From positions 1-35,941 of the forward strand of contig JBDKVD010000292.1 in NCBI GenBank assembly GCA_039679325.1: DNA of 35,941 nt. The letters are read 5' to 3'. Numbering within the stretch: position 1 is the first letter of the stretch; the number at the start of each line of letters is the position of its first letter. The translations under genes were made by a program, and so were the position numbers. Source of the stretch: Smithella sp. (GTDB lineage Bacteria; Desulfobacterota; Syntrophia; Syntrophales; Smithellaceae). Below, piece after piece: positions 29,574-35,941 of the stretch. The notes under the pieces are model-generated. The model was not told where the DNA came from. It worked only from the letters and a program-made list of their open reading frames with translations, and made no database searches.

Positions 29574-30347
29574 CTACTCGATGGTCATTTTGTTATTTAC
29601 GCTCTTCACACCATTTATATCATTGGCGAGTTTGGTGGTCAGATCCCTTTCGGCTGCATTACCGGCCTTGCCATATAACGTGACTACACCTTTTTCCGTT
29701 TTGACTTTGGTATTGATGGTGCTGGTGGAGCGATGGAACAGCAGCGTCATCTTAACCTGGGCGGTAATGGAAGCGTCATCAATATCTGTGCCTACGCCTG
29801 TTTTTGCGGTTTTTGCGGGCTTGGACACTACTGTCATCTCATTATTTACGTCTTTGACTCCTTCAACATCTCTGGCGTATTCAGTTGCCAATTCCTTCTG
29901 TGCCTGACTTGCAGCCACGCCTTGCAGGGTGACGATGCCTTCTTTGACTTTAACTTCAGTTTTCGTGGCGCTTACGCTCCGATGGAACAAGAGCGTGGTT
30001 GTTACTTTTGCACTGAGCCATGCATCTGAATATGGGGTGGGGGAAGCACTTTTGAGTTCCAGCCTGTTATCGACACTTTCGACACCGGGCAGGTCCATCA
30101 CGGTCTCATAAGCCAATGATTTATGGAATTCATTCAAGACTGTTCCCGTCAAGGTGACGACGCCGTCTTTGGAGTGAATTTTAATATCATCGTCACTGAG
30201 GTAAGTTTTGAATACATATGACTTCCTGGCCGATGATTCGATGCGGTCATCGGTCTTGGACGCGTAGACAGGCATACTGGTCGTAAACATAGCGACCACA
30301 GCCACCATCATAACTAGAACTGCAAAATACATTGTTTTTGTTTTCAT
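29574..30347 (-). CDS. Secreted triple-BON-domain protein, paralog of 2296-3054
   Basis: Shares RIESxARxSYVFKT, TLLFHRSVS, DDASITAQVKMTLL and the C-terminal MTIE with copy 1. Confidence 0.9.
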   Translation of the reverse strand: MKTKTMYFAVLVMMVAVVAMFTTSMPVYASKTDDRIESSARKSYVFKTYLSDDDIKIHSKDGVVTLTGTVLNEFHKSLAYETVMDLPGVESVDNRLELKSASPTPYSDAWLSAKVTTTLLFHRSVSATKTEVKVKEGIVTLQGVAASQAQKELATEYARDVEGVKDVNNEMTVVSKPAKTAKTGVGTDIDDASITAQVKMTLLFHRSTSTINTKVKTEKGVVTLYGKAGNAAERDLTTKLANDINGVKSVNNKMTIE

Positions 30348-30511
30348 TTTTATTCCTCATTATTTTATGTTGCGTTTTGGACTCTTTAAAGGAAACAGCC
30401 TGAATCCGGGTGCGAGTAGGTCATGTCGAAATATTTTCTTTGGAGATCAGAGAATCTTCAATTGCTGTTTCCACTTTACTTGCCTCAATCTTTCCCCCGT
30501 ATACAACATGC

Positions 30512-30691
30512 CTACTTTTCCAGTACCTTCTCTAATTCGCCGAGCTTTTTTTGAACACTGCCTTCTGTCTTTTCGACTTTGCCTTCAATTTCCAGTTCGG
30601 AATTGTCGCTGAGTTTCCCGGCGACTTCCTTAATTTTACCCTTCACTTCATGGAATTTGCCCTTCGCCTTATCTTTCGTACTTCGTTTCAT
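30512..30691 (-). CDS. CsbD-family protein, 59 aa
   Basis: Manually translated MKRSTKDKAKGKFHEVKGKIKEVAGKLSDNSELEIEGKVEKTEGSVQKKLGELEKVLEK. RBS AGGAGG. Confidence 0.88.
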   Translation of the reverse strand: MKRSTKDKAKGKFHEVKGKIKEVAGKLSDNSELEIEGKVEKTEGSVQKKLGELEKVLEK

Positions 30692-30736
30692 TGTCTCCTC
30701 CTTTTGAGGTTGTGATTTTCAGAGGTTAACGGTCTC

Positions 30737-31060
30737 CTATTTCACGACCAGATTATTATTAACCGATTTGACCGATTTGACGCTCCTTGCGATTTCACCA
30801 GCTTTATCAACGGCCTTTTGAGAATTAACGAAGCCGCTCAGTTGAACAACGCCCTTGTAGGTTTCAACACTGATCTCGAATGACTTGAGAAAATCATCAT
30901 CGGCCAGCAGAGATTTCACCTTGGTGGTTATGACCGAATCGTCAACATATTCACCCGTGCTTTCATGTGTGCGTGTCGCTCCGCAGGCAGCTATGGCGGC
31001 AAAGGCGGCGATCAGTATAAGAAGCACCAGATAGCGGATAATGACGCTCATTTTTTTCAT
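30737..31060 (-). CDS. Single-BON lipoprotein (OsmY-like)
   Basis: Lipobox IAAC, STGEYVDDSVITTKVK, ETYKGVVQLSGFV. RBS AGGAGG before ATG 31060. Confidence 0.9.
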   Translation of the reverse strand: MKKMSVIIRYLVLLILIAAFAAIAACGATRTHESTGEYVDDSVITTKVKSLLADDDFLKSFEISVETYKGVVQLSGFVNSQKAVDKAGEIARSVKSVKSVNNNLVVK

Positions 31061-31196
31061 GGTAGTTATTCCTCCTGTAAATTTGATTGTTAAAGGGTTC
31101 ATCACGAGATCTTTTCTGCCCCGGCAAAATAATTCTGGAATATGCCGGCTAATTCCTTTCCAAATGCTTCATGTACTTCTGCTAATGTTCCCATGG

Positions 31197-31346
31197 CTAC
31201 AATGGCTTTCGTCCCTGAATAATCCGAATCAGCACCACGACGATGGCGATGACCAGCAGCAAGTGAATGAATCCGCCAATAGTGTAGCCGCTGATCAATC
31301 CCAGAAGCCACAAAACAATGAGAATAACAAATATGGTCCAAAGCAT
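31197..31346 (-). CDS. lmo0937-family small membrane protein, 49 aa
   Basis: MLWTIFVILIVLWLLGLISGYTIGGFIHLLLVIAIVVVLIRIIQGRKPL. RBS AAGGAGG. Confidence 0.85.
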   Translation of the reverse strand: MLWTIFVILIVLWLLGLISGYTIGGFIHLLLVIAIVVVLIRIIQGRKPL

Positions 31347-31442
31347 TTCTCCTCCTTAATATGTTTATTTAATAAATATTTTTATTCCCAAAACTATTTT
31401 GGGGAACCATAAAACTTATCAATGAACATGCTGATCATAAGT

Positions 31443-31591
31443 GCAAATGGCCTGCCAACAAATGGGAAACAAACAGATGCTCAAAATTATCATTTAATAT
31501 AGTGGTTTAGATCGAGAGGAGATAATAACAGGAGAACATGGAATGACTGGTTTGCCCACAATATTTGGTGGAACCCCACCCGATATTGTGG
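31443..31591 (-). promoter_or_regulatory. Sigma54 promoter cassette copy 4
   Basis: TTGGCAGGCCATTTGC (31458-31443). IHF-like segment at 31497-31509 (weaker match). Boxes CCACAATATTTGGTGG (31556-31571) and CCACCCGATATTGTGG (31576-31591). Confidence 0.85.
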
Positions 31592-31758
31592 GGTAGCTGA
31601 GGGATGGAGACAGCTTAATATTGCTCCCATATCTCTCCCGGACTACCTATTCCGAGCTTATGCATTCTCATTTCCAATGTGCATGATAAAGGTGCTATTG
31701 CTGATTTACTTTTTTATATCTGCGGGCGCGCGGGATTTTTTTACAAGGCATTATGTAT

Positions 31759-31960
31759 GACGACCTCGTAAAAAGGCCGGATGCTGCGTTGCGCTTCATC
31801 CCTCCCCGTGTCAAGCACGGGGCAGGCTACCTGCGGCGTACGTCAGGTACGCCTCATTCCTCGGTATTCGCGCGCCTTGCCTGCGACCTCGCGTGCCCTT
31901 CAGGGTATTTTACGAGGTCGTCTGAGAATTGTTAATTTCACGACTTTTTACGAGTCCATC
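31759..31960. mobile_element. ~202-bp MITE-like element with ATGTAT target-site duplication
   Basis: GACGACCTCGTAAAAAG (31759-31775) and CTTTTTACGAGTCCATC (31944-31960) are 14/17 inverted. A second, perfect 15-bp inverted copy lies at 31908-31922. ATGTAT is at 31753-31758 and 31961-31966. Confidence 0.75.
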
Positions 31961-32107
31961 ATGTATAATAACTTCCCGTCTAATAATAATCAGCAGGAGG
32001 AAAATCACTGCTGCAATTAAAATATGGATGAATGAACCCAACGTATGGTCGATTATCAAACCTATACACCAGAAAGTAGACAGTAAAACAATAATTGTCC
32101 ACAGCAT
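31910..32107 (-). CDS. Divergent lmo0937-family protein with MITE-derived C-terminus
   Basis: MLWTII...LGSFIHILI; RBS AGGAGG. The last 16 residues (DGLVKS...) are read from the inserted element. Confidence 0.7.
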   Translation of the reverse strand: MLWTIIVLLSTFWCIGLIIDHTLGSFIHILIAAVIFLLLIIIRREVIIHDGLVKSREINNSQTTS

Positions 32108-32262
32108 ATGATCCTCCTTTACGAATTTATTTAAATCTTATCGCCGGTAGCCGTCTGGAGCGACAAAATTCTCCCTCAGATATTTTTATCAATACCATCG
32201 ACTTAAGGGCTGTAATATCAAGATAAAGAATTAGAGATAACGAGCTTGGCTTTGCCCATAGA

Positions 32263-32439
32263 TCAAGGTGTGCTTCCCGGTATTTTCTGACGATATTCCG
32301 CAGGCATTTCCAATAATTGGACTGTGCCTTGTGATTTATCCTCAATATTGCGTGAATCGTTCCGGAGATGATTGGCAAAAAAGTTTTCGATACGAGTCTG
32401 CAGTTGTTGCCATTCTTGATCTGTGTTACTTGGAGACAT
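32263..32439 (-). CDS. Small hypothetical protein (58 aa), paralog of 15686-15865
   Basis: MSPSNTDQEWQQLQTRIENFFANHLRNDSRNIEDKSQGTVQLLEMPAEYRQKIPGSTP. RBS GGGAGG. First ORF after promoter copy 5. Confidence 0.7.
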   Translation of the reverse strand: MSPSNTDQEWQQLQTRIENFFANHLRNDSRNIEDKSQGTVQLLEMPAEYRQKIPGSTP

Positions 32440-32556
32440 ATCTATTCCTCCCTAAGTGAGTTGGTACAATATCAAAGACGAAACCATGAAATAGTCCGCC
32501 ATCAGGATTAACCAGCTGCATCTAAACATAATTCCGGGTACAATTTTTTAGTATTT

Positions 32557-32702
32557 GCAAGTGACTTGCCAAATATCAAAAATAAACTAAATTCCAGATT
32601 AATCATTTAATAACAAGTAATTAGATCAATAGCAGGGAATAATGGAAAAGCATAAAGAAATTATTTGACCTTAATATTTGGTGGAGCCTCAATATGCTGA
32701 GG
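32557..32702 (-). promoter_or_regulatory. Sigma54 promoter cassette copy 5
   Basis: TTGGCAAGTCACTTGC (32572-32557). IHF-like TAACAAgtaaTTA at 32611-32623. Boxes CCTTAATATTTGGTGG (32669-32684) and CCTCAATATGCTGAGG (32687-32702). Confidence 0.85.
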
Positions 32703-32751
32703 GAGGCTTGCAGAGAAGGTGGCAGCTTAAGCTGACTCTTGCGGCTCCGGT

Positions 32752-32789
32752 CTTATTCCTATTCCAATTTAAGCGCTACCTTTATTGGC
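32752..32789 (+). repeat. Partial copy of the left end of the 58-179 element
   Basis: CTTATTCCTATTCCAATTTAAGCGCTACCTTTATTGGC is 34/38 identical to 54-91. Confidence 0.65.
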
Positions 32790-32884
32790 TGCAACTCGCC
32801 CGGCGCATGCCGGGGAGCCTCATCCATGCCGAAGCTGATGTTTTGAATGCTACTTGCTGGTTTCTTTTTGTTATATTTTCGTTG

Positions 32885-33934
32885 TCATGACGGATTACTT
32901 TTTGTAAACGTTTTCAGATTTACATTTTCCATGATCATTTTTTCCATGATTGCGATTTTCTCCGTGTCATTACTTGTAGGCAGCGGTTCAATTTTGTCGA
33001 TCTGTTTAGCGGTTTCATAGGTGTCCGTGGCAACCAGGAGCAACGGGATACCCATATTATCCGCCTTGGAGAGGATGAAGGATGAAGGCACAATATTGTT
33101 GGTCAGGACTACGGCGGCTGCATCGTTTTGTAAAGAAGTCAGAATCAGATCACTGCGGTCACCGCTGGTAATGAGGACTTGATGATGTCCTTGAAATAAA
33201 GGGCTTTTTATAGCCTTGTCGGTTCCCATCGAGCCTACCACAATGTTTCTGACTTCACGATTCAGGCCGGATTCGCCGGCCAGGACTTTTGCAAACATCC
33301 GCTCAGCAAGATATCGGGTGGAAAAGTAAGTCAACTCAGGTATGGAAGGAATGACACCCAGTACCGGAACACTCATCTGGCGAATCCTGGGCAGATAGAC
33401 ATTGTTAAAATCTTCGATATCAGCAACTTTATTGATGATAATTCCCGCGAAATTAATACCATCCAGCCTGATATATTTAGCGAGGAAGCATATGTCATCA
33501 ACAATGGTATCATCGTCACCGCTGACTACGACCAGGAGTTGTCCTTCCAGAGTCTTTGTCAGGGAGACGGCGTCAAGATAGACCGATGTACCGTAAAAGA
33601 TGTCTTTTCCCGCTTCTACAAAGATCATCTTCTTATCCTCGCTGATATTATTAATACAGGTATTCAGTTTTATCGCCGTCGTTTTTTCATCCAGTGAATA
33701 CAGAAGTTGGGAATGATGAAAACCGATGCACATATCTTCCGGATTCTCATCAAGATTAAGGATATTAGTCAGAAGGGCGGCATCATAGTCCCAGAGCCGT
33801 TTTCTCTTGTAAAGTAATCTTGCTCCAAAAGGCTTTAAATAACCTATTTTTTTGTTCAGCGCTTTGGCCAGACCAATAATCAGGCTCGTTTTGCCTGCGC
33901 TTTGCCGCATGGATGTGATGACAAATTTATCCAT
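32885..33934 (-). CDS. Phosphotransacetylase N-terminal-like protein (BioD/AAA_26 P-loop + DRTGG)
   Basis: SAGKTS, IGYLKPFG, GIIINKV, VLGVIP, ITSGDRSD, DTYETA; the usual neighbour of ADP-forming acyl-CoA ligases. Confidence 0.85.
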   Translation of the reverse strand: MDKFVITSMRQSAGKTSLIIGLAKALNKKIGYLKPFGARLLYKRKRLWDYDAALLTNILNLDENPEDMCIGFHHSQLLYSLDEKTTAIKLNTCINNISEDKKMIFVEAGKDIFYGTSVYLDAVSLTKTLEGQLLVVVSGDDDTIVDDICFLAKYIRLDGINFAGIIINKVADIEDFNNVYLPRIRQMSVPVLGVIPSIPELTYFSTRYLAERMFAKVLAGESGLNREVRNIVVGSMGTDKAIKSPLFQGHHQVLITSGDRSDLILTSLQNDAAAVVLTNNIVPSSFILSKADNMGIPLLLVATDTYETAKQIDKIEPLPTSNDTEKIAIMEKMIMENVNLKTFTKSNPS

Positions 33935-33939
33935 TGATT

Positions 33940-35941
33940 TTACCTCTCTTCACTTTTTGCAAGAATAATGCGTATATCCACCGCCTTTACTCCGTCACCC
34001 TGCTCATAAACAACCAGGGGATTAATTTCAATATCGGAAATCTCCGGACAGCGACTGATGATGGTCCCAAGAATGACAAGGGCATTTACAACGGCAGCAA
34101 TATCTTTTGTTTTTTCCCCCCGTACTCCCAGCAGCAGAGGATAAGCACGGAGTTCCTTTATCATGCTGATAATGTCCTGTGTGTAAACGGGAAGGGATCG
34201 AAAAGAAACGTCTTTCATAACTTCTACATAAATTCCTCCCAGACCGATCATAATTATGGGGCCGAAGATATTATCCCTTCTGGCGCCCACGATCAGCTCA
34301 GTTCCGGGTTTAACCATTTCTGAAATATCGACCCCTTCAATCACTGCACCGGGAACATGCTCTTTACAGTTACGCATAATGGCGCCGTAAGCGTCAATAA
34401 CCTCCAGTTCATTTTCCAGATTCAGGGCAATTCCACCGGCGTCACTCTTATGGATTATATCCTTGGAGACGACCTTCATTACCACGGGGTAACCAATGGC
34501 AGTGGCGGCTTCGACCGCACCTTTGACCGTGCGGGCCTGGATGCTTTTTGGAATGGCGACGTTGACCAGATTCATGACCTCTTGAGCTTCATGGGCGAGA
34601 AGGAAAAACCTTCCTTTCTTCTTTACATCGGAAACAATAGTTGAGATGGGGGCCATGTTCAGTGAGGCGTTGGCCGTCTTATCGGAAGTGAAATGACTTT
34701 CCAGGTAGCTCTTATAGCGATAAATGGCGCCCAGTGCGGAGGCAGTGTCATAAACGTCGTCGGAAACAGGGATCCCTTTTTTTTTTGCCGCTGTCACGTA
34801 ATTAGAAGTTGTTTGACCACCGAAAAGTGAAAAAACAATCAGCTTTCCGTTTTCTTTATATTTTTGAAAGTTCTCTTCGATGATGGTATCCAAATGGTCG
34901 GCCGGTGATAGTGCGGATTCACAGTAGATGCCGAACACTGTATCGATATTGTCATCGGCAAGAGCCGCATCGAATGCCTTTATGAAATCGGCGGCTTTTG
35001 CCTGACCGGTGATATCAATCGGATTTTTAGCAGATCCAAAGGCTGGTATAACGGGAGAAAAAACTTTTTTGAGTTCCTGGGGATCATCATAAAGATTGAC
35101 GCCGTATTTTTCGCAGGCGTCCGCCGCCATCACACCGGCGCCCCCGCCATTGGTTACGATCACGACATTATTTCCTCTGGGAAGAGGGTTGGCCATATGA
35201 AACATAGCCCAGTTAAAAGCCTCCCTGGTACTCTCTGCACGTAGCGCACCCGACTGGCGGACCACGTCGTCAAAAACCTCGTCCGAACCCGCCAGAGAAC
35301 CGGTATGAGAGGCGGCGGCCTGTGCGCCTTTGGAAGAACGACCTGATTTGATCAACAGTATGGGCTTTTTTAACGAGGCGTTTCGCACCGCTTTGATGAA
35401 TTTCTCACCATTGCGGATGCCTTCAATGTACATAAAAATAACGCGGGTGGGCGCATGATTGCATAGATAGGCCAGGAGATCGGACTCATCAATATCCGAC
35501 TTATTGCCCACGGAGACAATGGCGGAAAGTCCAATATTTTCCACGGAAGCCTGGCCGACAAGCGTCAGTCCGAGTGCGCCGCTCTGGGTGATCATGGCCA
35601 GATGACCGGACGGGATATTGCCGGAAACGAATGTAGCGTTTAAACGGGATTCGGAGGAATAAACACCGAAAACATTGGGCCCCAGAATCCGCATTCCTTT
35701 AGAACGGGCATAATTGACAATTTTTTTTTCTTCAATAATATTGCCGATTTCAGAAAAACCCGAGCTGATGAGAATGGCATTCTTGACTTTTTTGTCAGCG
35801 CACGAGACGACCGCATCATAGACCAGTTGGGCAGGGAGAATTATACAGACTGTATCAATAGTGTCCTCGATGTCAAGGATGCTGCGAAAAACCGGTATTC
35901 CCTCGATTTGGCCGCCACTCGGATTTACAGGGTAGATTTTC
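33940..35941 (-). CDS. ADP-forming acetate/acyl-CoA ligase (alpha-beta fusion), 5' end outside the window
   Basis: The frame is open to the window edge (IYPVNP...ISSGFSEIG), then LGPN, QSGALG, SHTGSLAG, NPIDITG, IGYPVVMK, HKSDAGG, EINPL. Confidence 0.9.
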   Translation of the reverse strand, partial: KIYPVNPSGGQIEGIPVFRSILDIEDTIDTVCIILPAQLVYDAVVSCADKKVKNAILISSGFSEIGNIIEEKKIVNYARSKGMRILGPNVFGVYSSESRLNATFVSGNIPSGHLAMITQSGALGLTLVGQASVENIGLSAIVSVGNKSDIDESDLLAYLCNHAPTRVIFMYIEGIRNGEKFIKAVRNASLKKPILLIKSGRSSKGAQAAASHTGSLAGSDEVFDDVVRQSGALRAESTREAFNWAMFHMANPLPRGNNVVIVTNGGGAGVMAADACEKYGVNLYDDPQELKKVFSPVIPAFGSAKNPIDITGQAKAADFIKAFDAALADDNIDTVFGIYCESALSPADHLDTIIEENFQKYKENGKLIVFSLFGGQTTSNYVTAAKKKGIPVSDDVYDTASALGAIYRYKSYLESHFTSDKTANASLNMAPISTIVSDVKKKGRFFLLAHEAQEVMNLVNVAIPKSIQARTVKGAVEAATAIGYPVVMKVVSKDIIHKSDAGGIALNLENELEVIDAYGAIMRNCKEHVPGAVIEGVDISEMVKPGTELIVGARRDNIFGPIIMIGLGGIYVEVMKDVSFRSLPVYTQDIISMIKELRAYPLLLGVRGEKTKDIAAVVNALVILGTIISRCPEISDIEINPLVVYEQGDGVKAVDIRIILAKSEER

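Noticed and set aside
32127-32378. 83-aa ORF from the track
   Set aside because: TTG start with no RBS; it overlaps the better-supported 58-aa ORF in another frame.
3454-32702. Repeated CCTCAATATTTGGTGG motif as a CRISPR repeat, att site or tRNA 3' end (GGTGGAG)
   Set aside because: Copies are kilobases apart, with no cas, integrase or tRNA structure; the fixed position relative to sigma54 elements explains them better.

Overview
A 36-kb bacterial chromosomal region. The gene content suggests an anaerobic Desulfobacterota/Syntrophaceae-like host (inference, not searched). One + strand FabH-like gene (321-1460) is followed by about 34 kb in which every credible gene is on the minus strand. 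Most of this forms a general-stress/envelope island. It carries two CsbD genes, three BON genes, three lmo0937-like micro-proteins, USP, a NodT/HlyD/RbbA/YhhJ exporter, DUF4398/OmpA lipoproteins, an ABM protein with a small Zn-ribbon protein, DUF1003, VIT1/CCC1, Fe-SOD, DJ-1/PfpI, PMM/PGM and a 2919-aa cyclic beta-1,2-glucan synthase translationally coupled to a DUF932-type protein. The window ends in a DRTGG gene and an ADP-forming acyl-CoA ligase gene. The most striking unexplained structure is non-coding: five copies of a ~147-bp promoter cassette. Each has a sigma54 -24/-12 element, an IHF-like site 41-42 bp upstream, and a tandem pair of CCWC-N8-GWGG boxes 99-101 bp upstream. Each copy heads a gene cluster, and no activator gene is encoded in the window. 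Several conserved ORFs under 60 aa missed by the ORF track, two MITE-like elements and a truncated/chimeric locus are also present. Family names come from motif recognition, not database searches.
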